A DNA stretch of 64,000 bases from Coleofasciculus sp. B1-GNL1-01 (GCA_040220235.1 JAVJTO010000030.1); one strand, 5' to 3'; shown: positions 1 to 10,159, counted from the first letter of the stretch. The notes: generated by a model not told the origin, from the sequence alone. A program made the numbers and translations.

Positions 1-1141
1 ACCGCTTACCTTAGCCCAAATTGATCGCTATCTAAACAGTGCTGGGACGCAACTTACAGTCGTGCGCCAAGTTCTGCGATCGGATAGCACCTTACAAGAC
101 TTAGCCCAATCCCCGTTAATGTTAAGTATTATCACCCTGGCATATCAGGGAATATCCCTGGATGAGTTACCGCAAAGGAGTGGTTTAGACGACTGGCGCA
201 AGCACTTATTTGATCGGTACATTCAGCGGATGTTTAAGCGCAGACGGGGTCAAGAGAAGTATAACCAAGAGCAAGTAATTAACGGGTTGAGTTGGTTAGC
301 AAAACGGATGTATCAAAACTCAGAAACCGTATTTTTAATTGAGCGATTGCAGCCGAGTTGGTTAGACACTAAGGCGCAAAAATGGCTGTATTCTCTAGGA
401 GTCGGTTTAATCGGGGGATTAATTATGGGGTTGGGTGGGGGGCTGAATGTCGAGCTTATGTTTTGGCGGGAAATTACTCTATTGGCGGGATTAATTATGG
501 GACTCGGTGGCGGATTGATGGCGGGGTTAATTGTCGCGTTGGTTATGAATCAGATTGAACCCGTGGAAACGTTGAAATGGTCATGGGTAAAAGCAAAACG
601 GAATCTATTACCGGGGTTGCGAATTGGGTTAACCGTAGGATTAATATTTGGCTTCAGCAGTGGACTCGTTTTCTGGCTGATTACGCCGAGTCAGGAGGCG
701 ATTATTGAGGGGCTAACCTATGGATTGAGTGGTATAGGAACGGGATTAATTTTCGTATTATTGCGTGGATTAACGGGAGGCGGAATTGAGACAAGTACAG
801 TTCCCAATCAAGGGATATGGCAATCGGCACAAAATACCTTAATTTTTGCTTTAATTGGGGTAGTTGCTATGGTTGGTTTGGCGCAAATCGTGGGGCTACC
901 GATTTTATTTGGTGCAGTGATTGGATTGCTGTTTGGGTTGTTTTCACCTGCGGGAATTGCTTGTATTCAGCATTTCACATTACGGTTAGTGCTGTATTTT
1001 AGTGGGTGTATTCCCTGGAATTATGCGCGATTTCTGGATTATGCGACGCAGCAGATTTTTTTACAGAAGGTGGGAGGTGGGTATATTTTTATTCACCGAT
1101 TGTTATTGGAACATTTTGCTCAGATGGAGCGAAAAATGTAA
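1..1141 (+). CDS. NACHT/STAND-type protein, C-terminal part with multi-pass membrane region (5' end outside window)
   Basis: Contains the post-NTPase 'LAQSPLMLSI' motif, Gly-rich hydrophobic helices and the C-terminal 'PWNYARFLDYA...LQKVGGGYIFIHRLL' tail typical of cyanobacterial NACHT membrane proteins. Confidence 0.8.
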   Translation, partial: PLTLAQIDRYLNSAGTQLTVVRQVLRSDSTLQDLAQSPLMLSIITLAYQGISLDELPQRSGLDDWRKHLFDRYIQRMFKRRRGQEKYNQEQVINGLSWLAKRMYQNSETVFLIERLQPSWLDTKAQKWLYSLGVGLIGGLIMGLGGGLNVELMFWREITLLAGLIMGLGGGLMAGLIVALVMNQIEPVETLKWSWVKAKRNLLPGLRIGLTVGLIFGFSSGLVFWLITPSQEAIIEGLTYGLSGIGTGLIFVLLRGLTGGGIETSTVPNQGIWQSAQNTLIFALIGVVAMVGLAQIVGLPILFGAVIGLLFGLFSPAGIACIQHFTLRLVLYFSGCIPWNYARFLDYATQQIFLQKVGGGYIFIHRLLLEHFAQMERKM

Positions 1142-1145
1142 TACC

Positions 1146-1246
1146 CGTAGGGGCGCACCGACGTGCGCCCTCTTCCACTGACGTGCTATTAGTGTCAACT
1201 TAAACCCCCTCACCCCCAGCCCCTCTCCCACCAGGGGAGAGGGGAG
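1146..1246. repeat. GTAG-type REP hairpin plus CCCCTCTCCC/GGGAGAGGGG hairpin repeat
   Basis: gtaggggcgcac-cgac-gtgcgccc, then gtgtcaacttaa-accccctcacccccagcccctctcccacca-ggggagagggg. The same composite occurs at 62802-62873. Confidence 0.8.
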
Positions 1247-1365
1247 CAAGAAGGAAGTTTCAGATGTAATATTAGAAGCATCTTTATGTGATGGTTTCCC
1301 TTCTTTTCCCACCTTTATTTCCCCGTTTATCCCTCCCTTTGAAAGGGTGACTAGGGGGGGATAGA

Positions 1366-1651
1366 GTAGGGTGGGTTAGGCGGAATTAAATCCAGGAAAT
1401 AATCCGATAATTGGATATCCGCCGTAACCCACCAATAATGAACACCTTGCACCATTAAAGCTTGGCGAATAGAATTCGCAGCTACACAAACAAAGTCCGC
1501 CTACGCTTTTATTAAACTTGGAAATAATTCGATAATGGGATATCCGCCGTAACCCACCAATAATGCACACCTTGCACCATTAAAGCTTGGCGAATAGAAT
1601 TCGCAGCTACACAAACAAAGTCCGCCTACGCGGACTTTTATTAAACTTGGA
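1366..1651. repeat. REP-like doublet followed by ~125-bp tandem duplication
   Basis: gtagggtgggttaggcgg...ccgccgtaacccacc inverted pair (reverse copy at 59985-60053). Segments 1394-1519 and 1520-1651 are near-identical. Confidence 0.85.
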
Positions 1652-1689
1652 TAAGTAAACTTTCTTTATCCAGCCCAAACCCTATCCTT

Positions 1690-4600
1690 TTAATCATCAA
1701 GTTGAGCTTGAATCCCTTGGATTCGAGACTCTAACCTATCACGCTGTTCCCTTTCGGGGCGAGTCATCGGCACCAACGCTAATCCCTGTTGTAACAACTC
1801 CCTCGCCCGGTCAAAATTACCATCAGCCAGTTCTAATTCGGCTAAATCCACACAGGCGCGAAGATTAATAGTCTGGTTCAGGGAGTTTTCAAAACAGGTG
1901 CGGGCTTCAGTCGGGTTCTGCATCGCATCTCGGTAGAAGCAGCCAAACTCATACCAGAAGTGACCGTTTTTTTGATTATCAAACTTAATCGCTTGCTGGA
2001 AATGTTTGATGGCTTGTTGGTAAACCTTCCGCCCTTTGCTACTATAATTGTGACCTTGGGCTTGATAGCACCGCGCCATGTACCAGTGAGCAACGCAATG
2101 TTTGGGGGTTTTCGTCAGGGTAGGTTGGAGATAATCCATGACTGTGTAGGGATCTGGGGGTTGGCGTAGTAGCAAGAGAAAGGCATAGTTTAATGAGGCG
2201 AAGTTAACTGTTTTCTGGAGATCATCGCCATACTTCTTGATTCGGAATTTAGCAGATTTGATGGTTCTTTGATAAATTTCTGTAGCTTTATCTAACTCAC
2301 CACAGTCTCGAAAGAAGTTCGCCGCATAGATAACGCTTTGCCACTGCGATGTATGGAGTCGAGACTGGCTAATCAAATCAGCTAATCGATAGCAGGTTTC
2401 ATAATCTAAATCATTTTGAAAGTAGCCAAAAATAAGACAGATAATGGTTGCATCTTTGGGGTACTGCTGCAAAACAAGATTGACAGCTTTTTGAATCAGT
2501 CGAGGTTGGGCATGATAATATAGGACAGGTAAAAATGCAGTCCATAAAGATTGGTCTACTTGTGCTTGCTGACTAATCCATTGCCATTGCTGGATGATAA
2601 TAGGCTCAATGTCGATGATGTCTTTGCCAGCCTTTCCAACTACAGCTAAGTAGGTTGTGCGAACTTCATGATCATCAGGATATAGTTGCAACCAAGTAGT
2701 AGTTAGAGCGATCGCCTCTTGCTTCTGTTGAGTTGTCCCACACTGCCCAATCAGTGCCAGATATTGAGTACGAACATTGGTATCATCAGGATGCAGTTGC
2801 AGCCAAGAAGAAGTTTGAGCGATCGCCTCCTGCTTCTGCTGAGATGTCCCACATTGCCCAATCAGTGCTAGGTATTTTTCACGAACAGTAATATCATCAG
2901 GATGCAGTTGCAGCCAAGTAGTAGTTAGAGCGATCGCCTCCTGCTTCTGTGGAGGTGTCCCACACTGCTCAATCAGTGCTAGGTATTTTCTGCGAACTTC
3001 ACGATCATAAGGATGCAGTTGCAGCCAAGTAGTAGTTAGAGCGATCGCCTCCTGCTTTTGTAGAAGTGTCCCACACTGCTCAATCAGTACCAGGTATTGA
3101 AAACCCGAATGAGCGATCGCTTCTTGCTTTTGTCGGGTTGTGCCAAACTGCCCAATCAGTGCCAGGTATTTTCTGCGAACATGAGAATTATCAGGATGCA
3201 GTTGTAGCCAAGAGGAAGTTAGAGCGATCACCTCCTGCTTCTGTGGAGATGTCCCACATTGCCCAATCAGTGCCAGATATTGAGTGCGAACCCAGGAATC
3301 ATCAGGATGTAGTTGCAGCCAAGAGGAAGTTTTAGCGATCGCCTCCTGCTTCTGTTGAGATGTCCCAAACTGTCCAATCAGTGCTAGGTATTTGGTGCGA
3401 ACCCAGGAATCATCAGGATGCAGTTGCAGCCAAGAGGAAGTTTTAGCGATCGCGTTCTGCTTTTGTTGAGATGTCCCAAACTGCCCAATCAGTGCTAGGT
3501 ATTGAGTACGAACATATGTATCATCAGGATGCAGTTGCAGCCAAGAGGAAGTTAGAGCGATCGCCTCTTGCTTCTGTTGGTTCGTCCCCAACTGCCCAAT
3601 CAGTGCTAGGTATTTGGTGCGAACATGAAAATCATCAGGATGTAGTTGCAGCCAAGAGGAAGTTAGAGCGATCGCCTCCTGCTTTTGCTCATTTTTACCA
3701 CGCCTTTGTATCAGAGACAGCCAATAAACCCACTCTGATGAACTTTGTGGTTCAGTGGATAAAATTGCATCCAAGCAGCGATCGCGTTCCGACAGTAAAC
3801 CTACAGATTCATACATCTTTGACCATGTAAACCATCCACTAACCCCACTCTTATGCTGTAGAGATTGAATCTGGTTGGAATAGTCATCCACAACCTGACG
3901 GACAAGAGTCACTTCACCATTCACAGCCAAAAGTCTCAATCCATGATACGCCCAGCGTTGATGAGTTTCTTTAGTTGCCTTTAAAGCCGGAATTGCCGCT
4001 CTTAAATAGTCTTCTAATAAATTAGGAGAATAGGGTAGATTCTCGCCCCGACTGCGCGGGTACTTCACCGTCATCGCTGTTTGGGCAATGAGTTCGTGAA
4101 TTGTTGCAAACCCATCATATCCAGCCTTCCAGATTATATTCACCAAGCCCTTTAATTCGGCATCTCTGGCAAAATCCACCACATCCCGCACCGCTTTTTT
4201 AGAATAGTTCGGCAAACACAACGGCAACACTCCCGTAGGTGTAATAATGCTGTATTGATAAAAACTGCAAATCACGCCAAAAACTTGATAAACCGGATAA
4301 TCCTCATCACTGGGCAAACGCCTAATCACATCCGCCACAATTAAATCAAAGGGTTTCCCTTCCGATAGCTGTAACATCAGTACCAACATTGAAGGCGCAG
4401 CCATTAACTGTTTCCGTTCTGCTGCTGCCATTTTCTCTAATCGGGCTTTGGCTTCCCCATCTTCCTGACAAATCCGATCCAAAATTCGCTGTTTTTCCTG
4501 AGATTCTGGCAAGGGAGATAATTCTAAATCCAGGGATTCAATCCGATATCCCCGCAACCGTAACTTGTCCTGCTGATCTTCATTCAACCGCGTTGTGCCA

Positions 4601-5478
4601 ATTACCGTTAGCGGAAACTGTAACTCATTATTCTCCAACTCCTCCAGAATCGAATCATCCCGAAACACGTCATCGGCGATTAAATAAAAATGCTGATGAA
4701 TTTGCTCAGAAAACTCCCATAATGGGTCTAACCAGTAGGGTTCTTCTCGCTTTTTCTGCAACACCAGCCGATGTTGACCCGATAACTCATACGCCAACCA
4801 TTGCATCAGCGCCGTTTTCCCCGCCCCCGGTTGTCCCCGAATCAGCAACAGGGAAATCCCCGAATAGTTTGCCAACGCTTCAGCCTGGGCGAAAACCTCC
4901 CCTTGTTGATCCCGATCAATATAATTCCCTTGGGTAATCAACGACCAATTTTTAGACACAGAGGGTAATTTCAGGATGCGCGTCTCTCCCCCACGCCGCT
5001 TATGAAAGAATTTCTGATCCAACAAATCAAACTCAGGCGGGACAACCTTCCGCACCTGTCCCCAGGGATCGTTACCCTGGCGAGTTTGCGTCTGGCGTCG
5101 TTGGGTATCGCATTCTGCATCAAACCGAATCAGATTTTTCTGCTTGTCAGTCTCCCAGAGACGAATCGTTAGCTGCTGTGTCGAACCCTGCTGATTGTCT
5201 GGACGCTGAACGATCCCGAAACCCTCTAGAAACTTGATCGCTGATTCAACTTTGGCGTAAGTCAACCCACCCTCAGCCTGATCATTTTCGGTCAATTCCA
5301 CCAGAGAGTTAATCGTATAAGTGACAAACAATCCCGGCGGATCAGTTTGAGGGCGAACAGTCAGAGGTTTCTTCGTGGAATTTTGCCTCTCTAAGGTTCC
5401 ATCAGCGACATCCAGCAACGCCGCCAATATACGCTTGGCATTCTCCTGAACGATTCGACCTTTACTATACTCTGTCAT
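1690..5478 (-). CDS. STAND-class P-loop NTPase (NLR-like) with 37-aa tandem helical repeats and C-terminal TPRs
   Basis: 1262 aa. Walker A GQPGAGKT, Walker B YLIADD, about ten 37-aa repeats (111-bp period), and TPR-like C-terminus (AHWYMARCYQAQG, FWYEFGCFYRD). Confidence 0.85.
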   Translation of the reverse strand: MTEYSKGRIVQENAKRILAALLDVADGTLERQNSTKKPLTVRPQTDPPGLFVTYTINSLVELTENDQAEGGLTYAKVESAIKFLEGFGIVQRPDNQQGSTQQLTIRLWETDKQKNLIRFDAECDTQRRQTQTRQGNDPWGQVRKVVPPEFDLLDQKFFHKRRGGETRILKLPSVSKNWSLITQGNYIDRDQQGEVFAQAEALANYSGISLLLIRGQPGAGKTALMQWLAYELSGQHRLVLQKKREEPYWLDPLWEFSEQIHQHFYLIADDVFRDDSILEELENNELQFPLTVIGTTRLNEDQQDKLRLRGYRIESLDLELSPLPESQEKQRILDRICQEDGEAKARLEKMAAAERKQLMAAPSMLVLMLQLSEGKPFDLIVADVIRRLPSDEDYPVYQVFGVICSFYQYSIITPTGVLPLCLPNYSKKAVRDVVDFARDAELKGLVNIIWKAGYDGFATIHELIAQTAMTVKYPRSRGENLPYSPNLLEDYLRAAIPALKATKETHQRWAYHGLRLLAVNGEVTLVRQVVDDYSNQIQSLQHKSGVSGWFTWSKMYESVGLLSERDRCLDAILSTEPQSSSEWVYWLSLIQRRGKNEQKQEAIALTSSWLQLHPDDFHVRTKYLALIGQLGTNQQKQEAIALTSSWLQLHPDDTYVRTQYLALIGQFGTSQQKQNAIAKTSSWLQLHPDDSWVRTKYLALIGQFGTSQQKQEAIAKTSSWLQLHPDDSWVRTQYLALIGQCGTSPQKQEVIALTSSWLQLHPDNSHVRRKYLALIGQFGTTRQKQEAIAHSGFQYLVLIEQCGTLLQKQEAIALTTTWLQLHPYDREVRRKYLALIEQCGTPPQKQEAIALTTTWLQLHPDDITVREKYLALIGQCGTSQQKQEAIAQTSSWLQLHPDDTNVRTQYLALIGQCGTTQQKQEAIALTTTWLQLYPDDHEVRTTYLAVVGKAGKDIIDIEPIIIQQWQWISQQAQVDQSLWTAFLPVLYYHAQPRLIQKAVNLVLQQYPKDATIICLIFGYFQNDLDYETCYRLADLISQSRLHTSQWQSVIYAANFFRDCGELDKATEIYQRTIKSAKFRIKKYGDDLQKTVNFASLNYAFLLLLRQPPDPYTVMDYLQPTLTKTPKHCVAHWYMARCYQAQGHNYSSKGRKVYQQAIKHFQQAIKFDNQKNGHFWYEFGCFYRDAMQNPTEARTCFENSLNQTINLRACVDLAELELADGNFDRARELLQQGLALVPMTRPEREQRDRLESRIQGIQAQLDD
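2625..3700 (-). repeat. Intragenic 111-bp (37-aa) tandem repeat array
   Basis: EAIA-encoding GCGATCGC-like sites at ~2708, 2819, 2930, 3041, 3113, 3224, 3335, 3446, 3557 and 3668. One unit is 39 bp short. Confidence 0.95.
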
Positions 5479-5661
5479 GCGTTGAACCCAGAGAGTTCTG
5501 TAAAACTTGATAACAACTTCAGGAAAACCGGAGGTGTTTTCCCTAACCGGAAGTGATAGAACTCCAAACCTAGTCTTTATTCTAAAGCCTTTACCCCAAG
5601 CCTGTTGCTTGCGGCTATCAACCGAACGATTTCATCGAACTGTAGCGTTCAAGGTTCGGTT

Positions 5662-5853
5662 ATGGGTTCAACCAAAAATTGTCGATGGATTCAACAATTA
5701 ATCCAGGGGTTCAAACACTTGAATTCCCACGGATGGCTAATGATCATCATCAAGTTTCTGATTCCCTTCTTGATTGGATTGTTTTATCCCAATCTGGCGT
5801 TATTGATTGAAGTGTTAATTTTAAGTTGGGAACTGTGGGATAGTTTAAGGTAA
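5662..5853 (+). CDS. Small hydrophobic hypothetical protein, divergent from the STAND gene
   Basis: 63-aa ORF from ATG 5662 with two hydrophobic stretches. Its stop codon overlaps the MITE end. Confidence 0.4.
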   Translation: MGSTKNCRWIQQLIQGFKHLNSHGWLMIIIKFLIPFLIGLFYPNLALLIEVLILSWELWDSLR

Positions 5854-6091
5854 GCTGTTCGGCATTTAAACCATAATGTCAAGAATTGCGAAATCCTTGC
5901 CGTAGTGCGAGCATCTTGCTCGCTACATTGAGCATCTTGCTCGCTACATTGAGCATCTTGCTCGCTACCCATTCCCAATTTACAGCGCTTTTCAGGTTTA
6001 TGGAATACAAAATTGTATTGGCTTGCTTTTTAGCGCAATCATCGTCTGTAGTCTATTAACTTGAAAACTGCTGTAAATGCATGACAGCTTA
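5851..6091 (-). mobile_element. TA-flanked AGCTGT MITE (reverse orientation) containing a nested second MITE
   Basis: Ends TA-agctgt...acagct-TA. Internal 21-bp unit present three times. Nested element 5981-6075 has TIRs tacagcgcttttcagg / cttgaaaactgctgta. Confidence 0.8.
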
Positions 6092-6416
6092 GTAGCGCGG
6101 CACAGTTTATTTGATGAATTAGATTCGGCTTGTAGTAGGGAACCTTAGCCCTAGATTCCGTTGGGTTTCCTGTCGTCAACCCAACCTACAACCTACCCCA
6201 CAATTTTAGCTATGTCAGTCCAGTAGTAGCGCGGCACACCTAATTTAGATTAGCCTTACATCCAGAAATCGTAGGGGCGCACGTCAGTGCGCCTGACAAA
6301 ACCGTAAATTTTATTGTCTATTCCCATGAATGACTATTGCCCATTGCCTATTCCCTGTTCCCTAATCTCAACCGTTAACTCTACTTTTGCCCCACTACTG
6401 ATCTATCAATATCAAT

Positions 6417-7226
6417 TTACCCCACCGCTAAAGGATTTAACCAGCGAATCATCTCTAATTTCAATCGATTTAAATCCCGATAAACCCCTTGCTTCATCCA
6501 CTGACCGATCGCATCAAATGGCGTGAAGGAATCTCCCGTTTTCCAATTGACATCTTGTCCCAACGGTGTTAAATGATTTCCCGGTAGCATTTGTAGCACA
6601 ACCATATTCGGAAATCGCTGTTGCAGCACAGGGGATAGGATTGCCGTTTGGTCAATCTCATCATTGATAAATTTAATCAGTAAATTGCGACGGATGGCGT
6701 ATTGCTGGGCAATCAGATCATTCGTTTGTTGGGGTGAAGGAGTAAATTCAACGTCAAAGGCTGGCTTGATATTCAACTGCTTGAGGAATGTCAACTGATC
6801 CAGCATATTGAACTGTTCCAGAAACGGAATCGCCTGTTTTGCTGGATAATTGTTGAAGGAAATCAAAATATTACCCGCCCGTTCCACGGAAAACAAACTG
6901 CCAATCAGCAGATGCAGTTTACACCCCATGCTATGTCCGACACCGTATATCGGTAAATACTGTTTCTTGAGTAGTCTTGTGGCTTTGAGGCGATCAAGGG
7001 TTGTCTCAAAACGGTTGAGGACTTCGCGGGCGATCGCAACGTGATCTAAGGTATTGAGAAACGGCGTCGCCACAACCAAATAACCCTGACGCCCTAATTG
7101 CTCAAGTAGCCAACGGTAGGTGACTTGGGGCGCAGCCGCAATAAATGCCCCACCCAAAAAATGCACAATGCCAACGGGACGAGACGGAATTAAAACCCAG
7201 CTACCAGATAGTTCTTGCCAGTCCAT
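6417..7226 (-). CDS. DUF1350 family alpha/beta-hydrolase-fold protein
   Basis: HFLGGAF, GVGHSMG and GNHLTP motifs. Confidence 0.85.
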   Translation of the reverse strand: MDWQELSGSWVLIPSRPVGIVHFLGGAFIAAAPQVTYRWLLEQLGRQGYLVVATPFLNTLDHVAIAREVLNRFETTLDRLKATRLLKKQYLPIYGVGHSMGCKLHLLIGSLFSVERAGNILISFNNYPAKQAIPFLEQFNMLDQLTFLKQLNIKPAFDVEFTPSPQQTNDLIAQQYAIRRNLLIKFINDEIDQTAILSPVLQQRFPNMVVLQMLPGNHLTPLGQDVNWKTGDSFTPFDAIGQWMKQGVYRDLNRLKLEMIRWLNPLAVG

Positions 7227-7494
7227 AGGAAGAGAGGGAAGTTCTTATATTTTTATATTGTGACGTACTCTTGGCGAGGTGGCGCTGCATATACCATGTC
7301 CGGTTGAGTACCTATACCTCGTTGCCTTCTAACGTGTCATTGGACAGCGTTGCCAAGAATCTCAGCGATATCATCGAGTTTGATTTATATATTTAATGAG
7401 AAATTGTTATCGGATAATGATTCCATAATTGGATCAGGTCTGTACACTGTTAGATAAGCTTTTTGTCCCTGATTAGACATATCCCTTAGCAATC

Positions 7495-7905
7495 ATGATT
7501 AAATCCAAACTGGTTTTCACAAGCCTCCTGTCTACCGTAACCGTTACAGGTAGCCTATTCCTGGCAACGATTAGCCCCACTCAAGCCATCCCTTGTGCGT
7601 TTGGCAAAAAGGGTGTTTCCCAAAATGTTTCTGGAGAATCTCCTAGTCTCGTTGGCGATAAAATCAACTTCTACAAAAAATTCGGCATTGCTGGTGTTGG
7701 TATCGCCGCCGTAGCCGGAGGGTTAGTCGCTGTGAAAAAATTCAAAGCCCGCCAGAACCAACCCACTGAAGCGATTATCACAGAGACACCCTCATCGGAA
7801 GTCTTTGAACCCTATAACTTTGCTATCCCTGTTTCTCCAGAAGCGTTAGCTGCTTCAACTCCTGAAGCCGAGGAGTCTGAGCAGGATCTGACCTCCATAA
7901 GCTAA
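7495..7905 (+). CDS. Hypothetical exported/membrane protein
   Basis: Signal-like N-terminus ending TQA and one TM segment. Confidence 0.7.
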   Translation: MIKSKLVFTSLLSTVTVTGSLFLATISPTQAIPCAFGKKGVSQNVSGESPSLVGDKINFYKKFGIAGVGIAAVAGGLVAVKKFKARQNQPTEAIITETPSSEVFEPYNFAIPVSPEALAASTPEAEESEQDLTSIS

Positions 7906-7996
7906 TTCAACTGGGTGAATGTTAGCTAAGGTGGGCAAGCGATAGACTGATTAACTCGGTTCATTAGCCTTGCTCACCCTACAGTCTCCTTAGACT

Positions 7997-8151
7997 TATA
8001 GCAGTACTAAGACAGGGCGTGGACATTCTTTACTGTTCCCTGTTCCCTGTGACACACCGAGCGTGTTACCGAGCGGAGTCGAGGTAAGTCGAGGTGTTCC
8101 CTGTTCCCTTTTGGACTAACTGATGTCCTTTCCATACCCCATAGTGCTATA
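7997..8151. mobile_element. TATAGC-ended MITE carrying STRR and nested micro-repeats
   Basis: TIR tatagca...tgctata with internal ggacat/atgtcc inverted pair and ctgttcc 7-mers. Confidence 0.6.
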
Positions 8152-8260
8152 TGACTCACCTCCCAGATAGATATGACTGGTTAATCACGCTAGAGAAATA
8201 ATGCAAAATTTGCGCGAGTTGATACCCTAGAGGTGTTGACCAACTCCAAGGAAAATAAAT

Positions 8261-8689
8261 ATGGCACAAGCGAAAGTGGGTGATACCGTCAAAATTCACT
8301 ACACAGGTAAACTAAAGGACGGTACGGTCTTTGATTCTTCCCTGAGTCGCGAACCGATAGAATTCACCATTGATGCTGGACAGGTCATTCCAGGTTTCGA
8401 GCAAGCCGTTGTGGGTATGACGCCTGGGGATTCCAAAACCGAAATGATTCCCATGGATAAAGCTTATGGTCCCCATCGCTCAGAAATGGTACTGGAGGTG
8501 ACACGAGACAAAATGCCCCCAGACTTGAATCCCGAAATCGGTCAGCAATTACAAATTCAACAACCCAACGGGCGAGTTATTCCCGTGGTGATTACCGATG
8601 TCACCGACTCGAATGTGAGATTAGATGCCAATCATCCTCTAGCAGGACAAGACTTAACGTTTGAGATTCAGTTAGTGGACATTGCTTGA
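8261..8689 (+). CDS. FKBP-type peptidyl-prolyl isomerase (SlyD/SlpA-like)
   Basis: [21 protein letters not shown] and DANHPLAG motifs. Confidence 0.95.
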   Translation: MAQAKVGDTVKIHYTGKLKDGTVFDSSLSREPIEFTIDAGQVIPGFEQAVVGMTPGDSKTEMIPMDKAYGPHRSEMVLEVTRDKMPPDLNPEIGQQLQIQQPNGRVIPVVITDVTDSNVRLDANHPLAGQDLTFEIQLVDIA

Positions 8690-8808
8690 TCCAGGATTGT
8701 CTCAAAGAAGAGAGGGAGGAGAGAGTGCGTTGGGAATTGATCAACACAACTCATGTTGGCACTCTCTCTTTCTGCTAATAGGTCAGTCGCTATTTCCCTC
8801 AACATCCG

Positions 8809-9624
8809 CTAAGAACCCGACATTCCCCCCACACTAAAACTCGTCATTTCCAAGATTGCCCCACGTCGCTGCAAATCAAACTGGTTGGTTTCAGAGAGTC
8901 CCTCATTCTCTCCAAATCGAGCGTTCTCTACGTCGGTAATCTTCAGATCAACTTCCGTGAGATTGGTATTACTCAAATTGCTATAGCTTAAGTTCGCCCG
9001 ATTCAAAGTAGCCTGAGTCAGATTAGCACCACTCAGATTCACACCAAACAGATCAGCACCACTGAGGTTAACCCGACTGAGATTGCTTCCTCTCAAATCA
9101 GCACCGCTGAGATTAGCGCCACTTAAGTTGGTATCGCTTAAGTCAGCACCAATTAAAAAAGCACCACTCAGATCAGCACCCACCATAATGGCTTCCTTGA
9201 GGATGGCTCCAAATAAGTTCGCACTACTTAAGTTCGCTCGACTGAGATTAACTTGAGTGAGATTAACTCGGCTGAGATTAACATCCGCTAAGTCAGCATC
9301 CATGAGGTTCGCCTCAATCAAAGTCGCGCCTCTGAGATCAGCATTCATCAAGAAAGTACGGCTCAGGTTAGCTGCATTTAAATTGACACCGCTTAAGTTA
9401 GCCTGTTTCAGGTTAGCGCCACTAAGGTTGACTCGGCTGAGATCCGTGTTGCTCAAATTGGCGTCAATCAGTTGAGTACCCCTGAGATCAGCACCACTCA
9501 AATCAGCACCAATCAAGTCAGCACCGTTAAGATCAGCACCCATGAGATTGATCTTCCTGAGATTAGCACCCTGAAAATTCCGTTCCCTGGCTAGATAACG
9601 CCGCAGGAGTTCGTTAGTATCCAT
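8809..9624 (-). CDS. Pentapeptide repeat protein
   Basis: ELLRRYLARERNF head followed by A(D/N)Lxx repeats. Start refined to ATG 9624. Confidence 0.95.
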   Translation of the reverse strand: MDTNELLRRYLARERNFQGANLRKINLMGADLNGADLIGADLSGADLRGTQLIDANLSNTDLSRVNLSGANLKQANLSGVNLNAANLSRTFLMNADLRGATLIEANLMDADLADVNLSRVNLTQVNLSRANLSSANLFGAILKEAIMVGADLSGAFLIGADLSDTNLSGANLSGADLRGSNLSRVNLSGADLFGVNLSGANLTQATLNRANLSYSNLSNTNLTEVDLKITDVENARFGENEGLSETNQFDLQRRGAILEMTSFSVGGMSGS

Positions 9625-10159
9625 AATGTTTGGGGAAAACTGGAGTTGTACTATCAATTTCCCAAGGATTTCCCCCAGCATTGTGATGGGTGCTACCCCT
9701 CACCCCCACTAGAGCCAAATATGCTATGGATTACTCAATCAGACAAAAATTCATCAAATCTTTACACGCTTTTCATCATAGCTAAACATAAAAAGTCGTC
9801 CAAGGGTGCAAACTAGGTAAGTAAGGGAGCTTAAACGCATTCCAACGTGGTCGTTATTCTCCTGTTTAGTGTTTAGGTTGTTTGGGAATCCCCTAGCGGT
9901 GTCTTTGAGGCTCACCTAGGGGTTTTTTTTTAGGGTTTTTTTTTGGCGAGGGAAAGTAGATTGTCACCTCTTCAGGGGTTTACTATTCGACAGGGCAAAC
10001 CGCAAGCAGAGCCTTATGGGTTGGGTTCCGTTAATATTTATGAAGGATGCACGTTAGATGCACGTTATCCTGTTTCTCGAAGAACATCACTCTGGTTGTC
10101 CCTCTTATACTCTTCTGCTTTTGGTCAGAATCCGCCCAACCCAACATTTTGTTTCGTTC

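Noticed and set aside
1394..1651. Tandem ~125-bp duplication as an ncRNA array or the 64-aa ORF
   Set aside because: Only two units, built from dispersed REP-like pieces; best explained as a local duplication.
2625..3700. Diversity-generating retroelement acting on the repeat di-residues
   Set aside because: No reverse transcriptase or non-coding template repeat is seen in the window, and variation includes third codon positions, unlike simple adenine-specific mutagenesis of AAY codons.
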